In this document: piece by piece, positions 10,409-25,400 of the stretch
How the letters are laid out: each line of letters opens with the position of its first letter
Position numbering within the stretch: position 1 is the stretch's first letter
Assembly (NCBI GenBank): GCA_964016885.1
Contig: CAXHJY010001151.1
Coordinates: forward strand, 1-35,564
DNA length: 35,564 nt
Source: Eledone cirrhosa
Lineage: Eukaryota
Direction: 5' to 3'
The notes under the pieces: generated by a model
Databases searched by the model: none
What the model was told of the DNA's origin: nothing
The model's input: the letters and a program-made list of their open reading frames with translations, nothing else
Translations under genes and position numbers: made by a program

Positions 10409-13400
10409 TTGTCGCTGTGGAACCAAACCGTGTTAAACGTCAACAAAGTCCGCCGGCGAATGGTGTGCTTCGAAGAAAACGAATCCAAAAATGACGATTT
10501 GCCGGCGGAGTTACCTTTTCAATCGCGGGCCGGCCGCCCGTGGTCGGATCGATCTGTAATTACTGGTACATGTGCAGACACTCATTGGCTATGTGTGGCG
10601 TGAATTTCAGCAAGATATCTCCGTAAAATCAATAGTTGTGGCTGTGGAACCAAACCGTGTTAAACGTCAGCAAAGTCCGCCGGCGAATGGTGTGCTTCGA
10701 AGAAAACGAATCCAAAAATGACGATTTGCCGGCGGAGTTACCTTTTCAATCGCGGGCCGGCCGCCCGTGGTCGGATCGATCTGTAATTACTGGTACATGT
10801 GCAGACACTCATTGGCTATGTGTGGCGTGAATTTCAGCAAGATATCTCCGTAAAATCAATAGTTGTGGCTGTGGAACCAAACCGTGTTAAACGTCAACAA
10901 AGTCCGCCGGCGAATGGTGTGCTTCGAAGAAAACGAATCCAAAAATGGCGATTTGCCGGCGGAGTTACCTTTTCAATCGCGGGCCGGCCGCCCGTGGTCG
11001 GATCGATCTGTAATTACTGGTACATGTGCAGACACTCATTGGCTATGTGTGGCGTGAATTTCAGCAAGATATCTCCGTAAAATCAATAGTTGTGGCTGTG
11101 GAACCAAACCGTGTTAAACGTCAGCAAAGTCCGCCGGCGAATGGTGTGCTTCGAAGAAAACGAATCCAAAAATGACGATTTGCCGGCGGAGTTACCTTTT
11201 CAATCGCGGGCCGGCCGCCCGTGGTCGGATCGATCTGTAATTACTGGTACATGTGCAGACACTCATTGGCTATGTGTGGCGTGAATTTCAGCAAGATATC
11301 TCCGTAAAATCAATAGTTGTGGCTGTGGAACCAAACCGTGTTAAACGTCAACAAAGTCCGCCGGCGAATGGTGTGCTTCGAAGAAAACGAATCCAAAAAT
11401 GGCGATTTGCCGGCGGAGTTACCTTTTCAATCGCGGGCCGGCCGCCCGTGGTCGGATCGATCTGTAATTACTGGTACATGTGCAGACACTCATTGGCTAT
11501 GTGTGGCGTGAATTTCAGCAAGATATCTCCGTAAAATCAATAGTTGTGGCTGTGGAACCAAACCGTGTTAAACGTCAACAAAGTCCGCCGGCGAATGGTG
11601 TGCTTCGAAGAAAACGAATCCAAAAATGGCGATTTGCCGGCGGAGTTACCTTTTCAATCGCGGGCCGGCCGCCCGTGGTCGGATCGATCTGTAATTACTG
11701 GTACATGTGCAGACACTCATTGGCTATGTGTGGCGTGAATTTCAGCAAGATATCTCGGTAAAATCAATAGTTGTGGCTGTGGAACCAAACCGTGTTAAAC
11801 GTCAACAAAGTCCGCCGGCGAATGGTGTGCTTCGAAGAAAACGAATCCAAAAATGGCGATTTGCCGGCGGAGTTACCTTTTCAATCGCGGGCCGGCCGCC
11901 CGTGGTCGGATCGATCTGTAATTACTGGTACATGTGCAGACACTCATTGGCTATGTGTGGCGTGAATTTCAGCAAGATATCTCCGTAAAATCAATAGTTG
12001 TGGCTGTGGAACCAAACCGTGTTAAACGTCAACAAAGTCCGCCGGCGAATGGTGTGCTTCGAAGAAAACGAATCCAAAAATGGCGATTTGCCGGCGGAGT
12101 TACCTTTTCAATCGCGGGCCGGCCGCCCGTGGTCGGATCGATCTGTAATTACTGGTACATGTGCAGACACTCATTGGCTATGTGTGGCGTGAATTTCAGC
12201 AAGATATCTCCGTAAAATCAATAGTTGTGGCTGTGGAACCAAACCGTGTTAAACGTCAACAAAGTCCGCCGGCGAATGGTGTGCTTCGAAGAAAACGAAT
12301 CCAAAAATGGCGATTTGCCGGCGGAGTTACCTTTTCAATCGCGGGCCGGCCGTCCGTGGTCGGATCGATCTGTAATTACTGGTACATGTGCAGACACTCA
12401 TTGGCTATGTGTGGCGTGAATTTCAGCAAGATATCTCCGTAAAATCAATAGTTGTCGCTGTGGAACCAAACCGTGTTAAACGTCAACAAAGTCCGCCGGC
12501 GAATGGTGTGCTTCGAAGAAAACGAATCCAAAAATGACGATTTGCCGGCGGAGTTACCTTTTCAATCGCGGGCCGGCCGCCCGTGGTCGGATCGATCTGT
12601 AATTACTGGTACATGTGCAGACACTCATTGGCTATGTGTGGCGTGAATTTCAGCAAGATATCTCCGTAAAATCAATAGTTGTGGCTGTGGAACCAAACCG
12701 TGTTAAACGTCAGCAAAGTCCGCCGGCGAATGGTGTGCTTCGAAGAAAACGAATCCAAAAATGACGATTTGCCGGCGGAGTTACCTTTTCAATCGCGGGC
12801 CGGCCGCCCGTGGTCGGATCGATCTGTAATTACTGGTACATGTGCAGACACTCATTGGCTATGTGTGGCGTGAATTTCAGCAAGATATCTCCGTAAAATC
12901 AATAGTTGTGGCTGTGGAACCAAACCGTGTTAAACGTCAACAAAGTCCGCCGGCGAATGGTGTGCTTCGAAGAAAACGAATCCAAAAATGGCGATTTGCC
13001 GGCGGAGTTACCTTTTCAATCGCGGGCCGGCCGCCCGTGGTCGGATCGATCTGTAATTACTGGTACATGTGCAGACACTCATTGGCTATGTGTGGCGTGA
13101 ATTTCAGCAAGATATCTCCGTAAAATCAATAGTTGTGGCTGTGGAACCAAACCGTGTTAAACGTCAGCAAAGTCCGCCGGCGAATGGTGTGCTTCGAAGA
13201 AAACGAATCCAAAAATGACGATTTGCCGGCGGAGTTACCTTTTCAATCGCGGGCCGGCCGCCCGTGGTCGGATCGATCTGTAATTACTGGTACATGTGCA
13301 GACACTCATTGGCTATGTGTGGCGTGAATTTCAGCAAGATATCTCCGTAAAATCAATAGTTGTGGCTGTGGAACCAAACCGTGTTAAACGTCAACAAAGT

Positions 13401-14721
13401 CCGCCGGCGAATGGTGTGCTTCGAAGAAAACGAATCCAAAAATGGCGATTTGCCGGCGGAGTTACCTTTTCAATCGCGGGCCGGCCGCCCGTGGTCGGAT
13501 CGATCTGTAATTACTGGTACATGTGCAGACACTCATTGGCTATGTGTGGCGTGAATTTCAGCAAGATATCTCCGTAAAATCAATAGTTGTGGCTGTGGAA
13601 CCAAACCGTGTTAAACGTCAACAAAGTCCGCCGGCGAATGGTGTGCTTCGAAGAAAACGAATCCAAAAATGGCGATTTGCCGGCGGAGTTACCTTTTCAA
13701 TCGCGGGCCGGCCGCCCGTGGTCGGATCGATCTGTAATTACTGGTACATGTGCAGACACTCATTGGCTATGTGTGGCGTGAATTTCAGCAAGATATCTCG
13801 GTAAAATCAATAGTTGTGGCTGTGGAACCAAACCGTGTTAAACGTCAACAAAGTCCGCCGGCGAATGGTGTGCTTCGAAGAAAACGAATCCAAAAATGGC
13901 GATTTGCCGGCGGAGTTACCTTTTCAATCGCGGGCCGGCCGCCCGTGGTCGGATCGATCTGTAATTACTGGTACATGTGCAGACACTCATTGGCTATGTG
14001 TGGCGTGAATTTCAGCAAGATATCTCCGTAAAATCAATAGTTGTGGCTGTGGAACCAAACCGTGTTAAACGTCAACAAAGTCCGCCGGCGAATGGTGTGC
14101 TTCGAAGAAAACGAATCCAAAAATGGCGATTTGCCGGCGGAGTTACCTTTTCAATCGCGGGCCGGCCGTCCGTGGTCGGATCGATCTGTAATTACTGGTA
14201 CATGTGCAGACACTCATTGGCTATGTGTGGCGTGAATTTCAGCAAGATATCTCCGTAAAATCAATAGTTGTCGCTGTGGAACCAAACCGTGTTAAACGTC
14301 AACAAAGTCCGCCGGCGAATGGTGTGCTTCGAAGAAAACGAATCCAAAAATGACGATTTGCCGGCGGAGTTACCTTTTCAATCGCGGGCCGGCCGCCCGT
14401 GGTCGGATCGATCTGTAATTACTGGTACATGTGCAGACACTCATTGGCTATGTGTGGCGTGAATTTCAGCAAGATATCTCCGTAAAATCAATAGTTGTGG
14501 CTGTGGAACCAAACCGTGTTAAACGTCAGCAAAGTCCGCCGGCGAATGGTGTGCTTCGAAGAAAACGAATCCAAAAATGACGATTTGCCGGCGGAGTTAC
14601 CTTTTCAATCGCGGGCCGGCCGCCCGTGGTCGGATCGATCTGTAATTACTGGTACATGTGCAGACACTCATTGGCTATGTGTGGCGTGAATTTCAGCAAG
14701 ATATCTCCGTAAAATCAATAG
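10409..14721. repeat. 8/9-monomer higher-order repeat
   Basis: The G196C marker sits at 10413, 12456 and 14272 (spacings 2043 = 9x227 and 1816 = 8x227). The intervening subtype order is the same apart from one extra consensus monomer. Confidence 0.8.
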
Positions 14722-17700
14722 TTGTGGCTGTGGAACCAAACCGTGTTAAACGTCAGCAAAGTCCGCCGGCGAATGGTGTGCTTCGAAGAAAACGAATCCA
14801 AAAATGACGATTTGCCGGCGGAGTTACCTTTTCAATCGCGGGCCGGCCGCCCGTGGTCGGATCGATCTGTAATTACTGGTACATGTGCAGACACTCATTG
14901 GCTATGTGTGGCGTGAATTTCAGCAAGATATCTCCGTAAAATCAATAGTTGTGGCTGTGGAACCAAACCGTGTTAAACGTCAACAAAGTCCGCCGGCGAA
15001 TGGTGTGCTTCGAAGAAAACGAATCCAAAAATGGCGATTTGCCGGCGGAGTTACCTTTTCAATCGCGGGCCGGCCGCCCGTGGTCGGATCGATCTGTAAT
15101 TACTGGTACATGTGCAGACACTCATTGGCTATGTGTGGCGTGAATTTCAGCAAGATATCTCCGTAAAATCAATAGTTGTGGCTGTGGAACCAAACCGTGT
15201 TAAACGTCAACAAAGTCCGCCGGCGAATGGTGTGCTTCGAAGAAAACGAATCCAAAAATGGCGATTTGCCGGCGGAGTTACCTTTTCAATCGCGGGCCGG
15301 CCGCCCGTGGTCGGATCGATCTGTAATTACTGGTACATGTGCAGACACTCATTGGCTATGTGTGGCGTGAATTTCAGCAAGATATCTCGGTAAAATCAAT
15401 AGTTGTGGCTGTGGAACCAAACCGTGTTAAACGTCAACAAAGTCCGCCGGCGAATGGTGTGCTTCGAAGAAAACGAATCCAAAAATGGCGATTTGCCGGC
15501 GGAGTTACCTTTTCAATCGCGGGCCGGCCGCCCGTGGTCGGATCGATCTGTAATTACTGGTACATGTGCAGACACTCATTGGCTATGTGTGGCGTGAATT
15601 TCAGCAAGATATCTCCGTAAAATCAATAGTTGTGGCTGTGGAACCAAACCGTGTTAAACGTCAACAAAGTCCGCCGGCGAATGGTGTGCTTCGAAGAAAA
15701 CGAATCCAAAAATGGCGATTTGCCGGCGGAGTTACCTTTTCAATCGCGGGCCGGCCGTCCGTGGTCGGATCGATCTGTAATTACTGGTACATGTGCAGAC
15801 ACTCATTGGCTATGTGTGGCGTGAATTTCAGCAAGATATCTCGGTAAAATCAATAGTTGTGGCTGTGGAACCAAACCGTGTTAAACGTCAACAAAGTCCG
15901 CCGGCGAATGGTGTGCTTCGAAGAAAACGAATCCAAAAATGGCGATTTGCCGGCGGAGTTACCTTTTCAATCGCGGGCCGGCCGCCCGTGGTCGGATCGA
16001 TCTGTAATTACTGGTACATGTGCAGACACTCATTGGCTATGTGTGGCGTGAATTTCAGCAAGATATCTCCGTAAAATCAATAGTTGTGGCTGTGGAACCA
16101 AACCGTGTTAAACGTCAACAAAGTCCGCCGGCGAATGGTGTGCTTCGAAGAAAACGAATCCAAAAATGGCGATTTGCCGGCGGAGTTACCTTTTCAATCG
16201 CGGGTCGGCCGCCCGTGGTCGGATCGATCTGTAATTACTGGTACATGTGCAGACACTCATTGGCTATGTGTGGCGTGAATTTCAGCAAGATATCTCCGTA
16301 AAATCAATAGTTGTGGCTGTGGAACCAAACCGTGTTAAACGTCAGCAAAGTCCGCCGGCGAATGGTGTGCTTCGAAGAAAACGAATCCAAAAATGACGAT
16401 TTGCCGGCGGAGTTACCTTTTCAATCGCGGGCCGGCCGCCCGTGGTCGGATCGATCTGTAATTACTGGTACATGTGCAGACACTCATTGGCTATGTGTGG
16501 CGTGAATTTCAGCAAGATATCTCCGTAAAATCAATAGTTGTGGCTGTGGAACCAAACCGTGTTAAACGTCAACAAAGTCCGCCGGCGAATGGTGTGCTTC
16601 GAAGAAAACGAATCCAAAAATGGCGATTTGCCGGCGGAGTTACCTTTTCAATCGCGGGCCGGCCGCCCGTGGTCGGATCGATCTGTAATTACTGGTACAT
16701 GTGCAGACACTCATTGGCTATGTGTGGCGTGAATTTCAGCAAGATATCTCCGTAAAATCAATAGTTGTGGCTGTGGAACCAAACCGTGTTAAACGTCAAC
16801 AAAGTCCGCCGGCGAATGGTGTGCTTCGAAGAAAACGAATCCAAAAATGGCGATTTGCCGGCGGAGTTACCTTTTCAATCGCGGGCCGGCCGCCCGTGGT
16901 CGGATCGATCTGTAATTACTGGTACATGTGCAGACACTCATTGGCTATGTGTGGCGTGAATTTCAGCAAGATATCTCGGTAAAATCAATAGTTGTGGCTG
17001 TGGAACCAAACCGTGTTAAACGTCAACAAAGTCCGCCGGCGAATGGTGTGCTTCGAAGAAAACGAATCCAAAAATGGCGATTTGCCGGCGGAGTTACCTT
17101 TTCAATCGCGGGCCGGCCGCCCGTGGTCGGATCGATCTGTAATTACTGGTACATGTGCAGACACTCATTGGCTATGTGTGGCGTGAATTTCAGCAAGATA
17201 TCTCCGTAAAATCAATAGTTGTGGCTGTGGAACCAAACCGTGTTAAACGTCAACAAAGTCCGCCGGCGAATGGTGTGCTTCGAAGAAAACGAATCCAAAA
17301 ATGGCGATTTGCCGGCGGAGTTACCTTTTCAATCGCGGGCCGGCCGTCCGTGGTCGGATCGATCTGTAATTACTGGTACATGTGCAGACACTCATTGGCT
17401 ATGTGTGGCGTGAATTTCAGCAAGATATCTCGGTAAAATCAATAGTTGTGGCTGTGGAACCAAACCGTGTTAAACGTCAACAAAGTCCGCCGGCGAATGG
17501 TGTGCTTCGAAGAAAACGAATCCAAAAATGGCGATTTGCCGGCGGAGTTACCTTTTCAATCGCGGGCCGGCCGCTCGTGGTCGGATCGATCTGTAATTAC
17601 TGGTACATGTGCAGACACTCATTGGCTATGTGTGGCGTGAATTTCAGCAAGATATCTCCGTAAAATCAATAGTTGTGGCTGTGGAACCAAACCGTGTTAA

Positions 17701-20700
17701 ACGTCAACAAAGTCCGCCGGCGAATGGTGTGCTTCGAAGAAAACGAATCCAAAAATGGCGATTTGCCGGCGGAGTTACCTTTTCAATCGCGGGTCGGCCG
17801 CCCGTGGTCGGATCGATCTGTAATTACTGGTACATGTGCAGACACTCATTGGCTATGTGTGGCGTGAATTTCAGCAAGATATCTCCGTAAAATCAATAGT
17901 TGTGGCTGTGGAACCAAACCGTGTTAAACGTCAGCAAAGTCCGCCGGCGAATGGTGTGCTTCGAAGAAAACGAATCCAAAAATGACGATTTGCCGGCGGA
18001 GTTACCTTTTCAATCGCGGGCCGGCCGCCCGTGGTCGGATCGATCTGTAATTACTGGTACATGTGCAGACACTCATTGGCTATGTGTGGCGTGAATTTCA
18101 GCAAGATATCTCCGTAAAATCAATAGTTGTGGCTGTGGAACCAAACCGTGTTAAACGTCAACAAAGTCCGCCGGCGAATGGTGTGCTTCGAAGAAACGAA
18201 TCCAAAAATGGCGATTTGCCGGCGGAGTTACCTTTTCAATCGCGGGCCGGCCGCCCGTGGTCGGATCGATCTGTAATTACTGGTACATGTGCAGACACTC
18301 ATTGGCTATGTGTGGCGTGAATTTCAGCAAGATATCTCCGTAAAATCAATAGTTGTGGCTGTGGAACCAAACCGTGTTAAACGTCAACAAAGTCCGCCGG
18401 CGAATGGTGTGCTTCGAAGAAAACGAATCCAAAAATGGCGATTTGCCGGCGGAGTTACCTTTTCAATCGCGGGCCGGCCGCCCGTGGTCGGATCGATCTG
18501 TAATTACTGGTACATGTGCAGACACTCATTGGCTATGTGTGGCGTGAATTTCAGCAAGATATCTCGGTAAAATCAATAGTTGTGGCTGTGGAACCAAACC
18601 GTGTTAAACGTCAACAAAGTCCGCCGGCGAATGGTGTGCTTCGAAGAAAACGAATCCAAAAATGGCGATTTGCCGGCGGAGTTACCTTTTCAATCGCGGG
18701 CCGGCCGCCCGTGGTCGGATCGATCTGTAATTACTGGTACATGTGCAGACACTCATTGGCTATGTGTGGCGTGAATTTCAGCAAGATATCTCCGTAAAAT
18801 CAATAGTTGTGGCTGTGGAACCAAACCGTGTTAAACGTCAACAAAGTCCGCCGGCGAATGGTGTGCTTCGAAGAAAACGAATCCAAAAATGGCGATTTGC
18901 CGGCGGAGTTACCTTTTCAATCGCGGGCCGGCCGTCCGTGGTCGGATCGATCTGTAATTACTGGTACATGTGCAGACACTCATTGGCTATGTGTGGCGTG
19001 AATTTCAGCAAGATATCTCGGTAAAATCAATAGTTGTGGCTGTGGAACCAAACCGTGTTAAACGTCAACAAAGTCCGCCGGCGAATGGTGTGCTTCGAAG
19101 AAAACGAATCCAAAAATGGCGATTTGCCGGCGGAGTTACCTTTTCAATCGCGGGCCGGCCGCCCGTGGTCGGATCGATCTGTAATTACTGGTACATGTGC
19201 AGACACTCATTGGCTATGTGTGGCGTGAATTTCAGCAAGATATCTCCGTAAAATCAATAGTTGTGGCTGTGGAACCAAACCGTGTTAAACGTCAACAAAG
19301 TCCGCCGGCGAATGGTGTGCTTCGAAGAAAACGAATCCAAAAATGGCGATTTGCCGGCGGAGTTACCTTTTCAATCGCGGGTCGGCCGCCCGTGGTCGGA
19401 TCGATCTGTAATTACTGGTACATGTGCAGACACTCATTGGCTATGTGTGGCGTGAATTTCAGCAAGATATCTCCGTAAAATCAATAGTTGTGGCTGTGGA
19501 ACCAAACCGTGTTAAACGTCAGCAAAGTCCGCCGGCGAATGGTGTGCTTCGAAGAAAACGAATCCAAAAATGACGATTTGCCGGCGGAGTTACCTTTTCA
19601 ATCGCGGGCCGGCCGCCCGTGGTCGGATCGATCTGTAATTACTGGTACATGTGCAGACACTCATTGGCTATGTGTGGCGTGAATTTCAGCAAGATATCTC
19701 CGTAAAATCAATAGTTGTGGCTGTGGAACCAAACCGTGTTAAACGTCAACAAAGTCCGCCGGCGAATGGTGTGCTTCGAAGAAAACGAATCCAAAAATGG
19801 CGATTTGCCGGCGGAGTTACCTTTTCAATCGCGGGCCGGCCGCCCGTGGTCGGATCGATCTGTAATTACTGGTACATGTGCAGACACTCATTGGCTATGT
19901 GTGGCGTGAATTTCAGCAAGATATCTCCGTAAAATCAATAGTTGTGGCTGTGGAACCAAACCGTGTTAAACGTCAACAAAGTCCGCCGGCGAATGGTGTG
20001 CTTCGAAGAAAACGAATCCAAAAATGGCGATTTGCCGGCGGAGTTACCTTTTCAATCGCGGGCCGGCCGCCCGTGGTCGGATCGATCTGTAATTACTGGT
20101 ACATGTGCAGACACTCATTGGCTATGTGTGGCGTGAATTTCAGCAAGATATCTCCGTAAAATCAATAGTTGTGGCTGTGGAACCAAACCGTGTTAAACGT
20201 CAACAAAGTCCGCCGGCGAATGGTGTGCTTCGAAGAAAACGAATCCAAAAATGGCGATTTGCCGGCGGAGTTACCTTTTCAATCGCGGGCCGGCCGTCCG
20301 TGGTCGGATCGATCTGTAATTACTGGTACATGTGCAGACACTCATTGGCTATGTGTGGCGTGAATTTCAGCAAGATATCTCGGTAAAATCAATAGTTGTG
20401 GCTGTGGAACCAAACCGTGTTAAACGTCAACAAAGTCCGCCGGCGAATGGTGTGCTTCGAAGAAAACGAATCCAAAAATGGCGATTTGCCGGCGGAGTTA
20501 CCTTTTCAATCGCGGGCCGGCCGCCCGTGGTCGGATCGATCTGTAATTACTGGTACATGTGCAGACACTCATTGGCTATGTGTGGCGTGAATTTCAGCAA
20601 GATATCTCCGTAAAATCAATAGTTGTGGCTGTGGAACCAAACCGTGTTAAACGTCAACAAAGTCCGCCGGCGAATGGTGTGCTTCGAAGAAAACGAATCC

Positions 20701-22438
20701 AAAAATGGCGATTTGCCGGCGGAGTTACCTTTTCAATCGCGGGTCGGCCGCCCGTGGTCGGATCGATCTGTAATTACTGGTACATGTGCAGACACTCATT
20801 GGCTATGTGTGGCGTGAATTTCAGCAAGATATCTCCGTAAAATCAATAGTTGTGGCTGTGGAACCAAACCGTGTTAAACGTCAGCAAAGTCCGCCGGCGA
20901 ATGGTGTGCTTCGAAGAAAACGAATCCAAAAATGACGATTTGCCGGCGGAGTTACCTTTTCAATCGCGGGCCGGCCGCCCGTGGTCGGATCGATCTGTAA
21001 TTACTGGTACATGTGCAGACACTCATTGGCTATGTGTGGCGTGAATTTCAGCAAGATATCTCCGTAAAATCAATAGTTGTGGCTGTGGAACCAAACCGTG
21101 TTAAACGTCAACAAAGTCCGCCGGCGAATGGTGTGCTTCGAAGAAAACGAATCCAAAAATGGCGATTTGCCGGCGGAGTTACCTTTTCAATCGCGGGCCG
21201 GCCGCCCGTGGTCGGATCGATCTGTAATTACTGGTACATGTGCAGACACTCATTGGCTATGTGTGGCGTGAATTTCAGCAAGATATCTCCGTAAAATCAA
21301 TAGTTGTGGCTGTGGAACCAAACCGTGTTAAACGTCAACAAAGTCCGCCGGCGAATGGTGTGCTTCGAAGAAAACGAATCCAAAAATGGCGATTTGCCGG
21401 CGGAGTTACCTTTTCAATCGCGGGCCGGCCGCCCGTGGTCGGATCGATCTGTAATTACTGGTACATGTGCAGACACTCATTGGCTATGTGTGGCGTGAAT
21501 TTCAGCAAGATATCTCGGTAAAATCAATAGTTGTGGCTGTGGAACCAAACCGTGTTAAACGTCAACAAAGTCCGCCGGCGAATGGTGTGCTTCGAAGAAA
21601 ACGAATCCAAAAATGGCGATTTGCCGGCGGAGTTACCTTTTCAATCGCGGGCCGGCCGCCCGTGGTCGGATCGATCTGTAATTACTGGTACATGTGCAGA
21701 CACTCATTGGCTATGTGTGGCGTGAATTTCAGCAAGATATCTCCGTAAAATCAATAGTTGTGGCTGTGGAACCAAACCGTGTTAAACGTCAACAAAGTCC
21801 GCCGGCGAATGGTGTGCTTCGAAGAAAACGAATCCAAAAATGGCGATTTGCCGGCGGAGTTACCTTTTCAATCGCGGGCCGGCCGTCCGTGGTCGGATCG
21901 ATCTGTAATTACTGGTACATGTGCAGACACTCATTGGCTATGTGTGGCGTGAATTTCAGCAAGATATCTCGGTAAAATCAATAGTTGTGGCTGTGGAACC
22001 AAACCGTGTTAAACGTCAACAAAGTCCGCCGGCGAATGGTGTGCTTCGAAGAAAACGAATCCAAAAATGGCGATTTGCCGGCGGAGTTACCTTTTCAATC
22101 GCGGGCCGGCCGCCCGTGGTCGGATCGATCTGTAATTACTGGTACATGTGCAGACACTCATTGGCTATGTGTGGCGTGAATTTCAGCAAGATATCTCCGT
22201 AAAATCAATAGTTGTGGCTGTGGAACCAAACCGTGTTAAACGTCAACAAAGTCCGCCGGCGAATGGTGTGCTTCGAAGAAAACGAATCCAAAAATGGCGA
22301 TTTGCCGGCGGAGTTACCTTTTCAATCGCGGGTCGGCCGCCCGTGGTCGGATCGATCTGTAATTACTGGTACATGTGCAGACACTCATTGGCTATGTGTG
22401 GCGTGAATTTCAGCAAGATATCTCCGTAAAATCAATAG
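14722..22438. repeat. 7-monomer higher-order repeat (1,589 bp), five tandem copies, one reduced to 6 monomers
   Basis: The C86T marker sits at 16205, 17794, 19382, 20744 and 22333 (spacings 1589, 1588, 1362, 1589). Subtype order is conserved within each period. Confidence 0.88.
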
Positions 22439-25400
22439 TTGTGGCTGTGGAACCAAACCGTGTTAAACGTCAGCAAAGTCCGCCGGCGAATGGTGTGCTT
22501 CGAAGAAAACGAATCCAAAAATGACGATTTGCCGGCGGAGTTACCTTTTCAATCGCGGGCCGGCCGCCCGTGGTCGGATCGATCTGTAATTACTGGTACA
22601 TGTGCAGACACTCATTGGCTATGTGTGGCGTGAATTTCAGCAAGATATCTCCGTAAAATCAATAGTTGTGGCTGTGGAACCAAACCGTGTTAAACGTCAG
22701 CAAAGTCCGCCGGCGAATGGTGTGCTTCGAAGAAAACGAATCCAAAAATGACGATTTGCCGGCGGAGTTACCTTTTCAATCACGGCCCGGCCGCCCGTGG
22801 TCGGATCGATCTGTAATTACTGGTACATGTGCAGACACTCATTGGCTATGTGTGGCGTGAATTTCAGCAAGATATCTCCGTAAAATCAATAGTTGTGGCT
22901 GTGGAACCAAACCGTGTTAAACGTCAACAAAGTCCGCCGGCGAATGGTGTGCTTCGAAGAAAACGAATCCAAAAATGACGATTTGCCGGCGGAGTTACCT
23001 TTTCAATCGCGGGCCGGCCGCCCGTGGTCGGATCGATCTGTAATTACTGGTACATGTGCAGACACTCATTGGCTATGTGTGGCGTGAATTTCAGCAAGAT
23101 ATCTCCGTAAAATCAATAGTTGTCGCTGTGGAACCAAACCGTGTTAAACGTCAACAAAGTCCGCCGGCGAATGGTGTGCTTCGAAGAAAACGAATCCAAA
23201 AATGACGATTTGCCGGCGGAGTTACCTTTTCAATCGCGGGCCGGCCGCCCGTGGTCGGATCGATCTGTAATTACTGGTACATGTGCAGACACTCATTGGC
23301 TATGTGTGGCGTGAATTTCAGCAAGATATCTCCGTAAAATCAATAGTTGTGGCTGTGGAACCAAACCGTGTTAAACGTCAACAAAGTCCGCCGGCGAATG
23401 GTGTGCTTCGAAGAAAATGAATCCAAAAATGGCGATTTGCCGGCGGAGTTACCTTTTCAATCGCGGGCCGGCCGCCCGTGGTCGGATCGATCTGTAATTA
23501 CTGGTACATGTGCAGACACTCATTGGCTATGTGTGGCGTGAATTTCAGCAAGATATCTCCGTAAAATCAATAGTTGTGGCTGTGGAACCAAACCGTGTTA
23601 AAAGTCAGCAAAGTCCGCCGGCGAATGGTGTGCTTCGAAGAAAACGAATCCAAAAATGACGATTTGCCGGCGGAGTTACCTTTTCAATCGCGGGCCGGCC
23701 GCCCGTGGTCGGATCGATCTGTAATTACTGGTACATGTGCAGACACTCATTGGCTATGTGTGGCGTGAATTTCAGCAAGATATCTCCGTAAAATCAATAG
23801 TTGTCGCTGTGGAACCAAACCGTGTTAAACGTCAACAAAGTCCGCCGGCGAATGGTGTGCTTCGAAGAAAACGAATCCAAAAATGACGATTTGCCGGCGG
23901 AGTTACCTTTTCAATCGCGGGCCGGCCGCCCGTGGTCGGATCGATCTGTAATTACTGGTACATGTGCAGACACTCATTGGCTATGTGTGGCGTGAATTTC
24001 AGCAAGATATCTCCGTAAAATCAATAGTTGTGGCTGTGGAACCAAACCGTGTTAAACGTCAACAAAGTCCGCCGGCGAATGGTGTGCTTCGAAGAAAACG
24101 AATCCAAAAATGGCGATTTGCCGGCGGAGTTACCTTTTCAATCGCGGGCCGGCCGCCCGTGGTCGGATCGATCTGTAATTACTGGTACATGTGCAGACAC
24201 TCATTGGCTATGTGTGGCGTGAATTTCAGCAAGATATCTCCGTAAAATCAATAGTTGTGGCTGTGGAACCAAACCGTGTTAAACGTCAGCAAAGTCCGCC
24301 GGCGAATGGTGTGCTTCGAAGAAAACGAATCCAAAAATGACGATTTGCCGGCGGAGTTACCTTTTCAATCGCGGGCCGGCCGCCCGTGGTCGGATCGATC
24401 TGTAATTACTGGTACATGTGCAGACACTCATTGGCTATGTGTGGCGTGAATTTCAGCAAGATATCTCCGTAAAATCAATAGTTGTGGCTGTGGAACCAAA
24501 CCGTGTTAAACGTCAACAAAGTCCGCCGGCGAATGGTGTGCTTCGAAGAAAACGAATCCAAAAATGACGATTTGCCGGCGGAGTTACCTTTTCAATCGCG
24601 GGCCGGCCGCCCGTGGTCGGATCGATCTGTAATTACTGGTACATGTGCAGACACTCATTGGCTATGTGTGGCGTGAATTTCAGCAAGATATCTCCGTAAA
24701 ATCAATAGTTGTGGCTGTGGAACCAAACCGTGTTAAACGTCAACAAAGTCCGCCGGCGAATGGTGTGCTTCGAAGAAAACGAATCCAAAAATGGCGATTT
24801 GCCGGCGGAGTTACCTTTTCAATCGCGGGCCGGCCGCCCGTGGTCGGATCGATCTGTAATTACTGGTACATGTGCAGACACTCATTGGCTATGTGTGGCG
24901 TGAATTTCAGCAAGATATCTCGGTAAAATCAATAGTTGTGGCTGTGGAACCAAACCGTGTTAAACGTCAACAAAGTCCGCCGGCGAATGGTGTGCTTCGA
25001 AGAAAACGAATCCAAAAATGGCGATTTGCCGGCGGAGTTACCTTTTCAATCGCGGGCCGGCCGCCCGTGGTCGGATCGATCTGTAATTACTGGTACATGT
25101 GCAGACACTCATTGGCTATGTGTGGCGTGAATTTCAGCAAGATATCTCCGTAAAATCAATAGTTGTGGCTGTGGAACCAAACCGTGTTAAACGTCAACAA
25201 AGTCCGCCGGCGAATGGTGTGCTTCGAAGAAAACGAATCCAAAAATGGCGATTTGCCGGCGGAGTTACCTTTTCAATCGCGGGCCGGCCGCCCGTGGTCG
25301 GATCGATCTGTAATTACTGGTACATGTGCAGACACTCATTGGCTATGTGTGGCGTGAATTTCAGCAAGATATCTCCGTAAAATCAATAGTTGTGGCTGTG

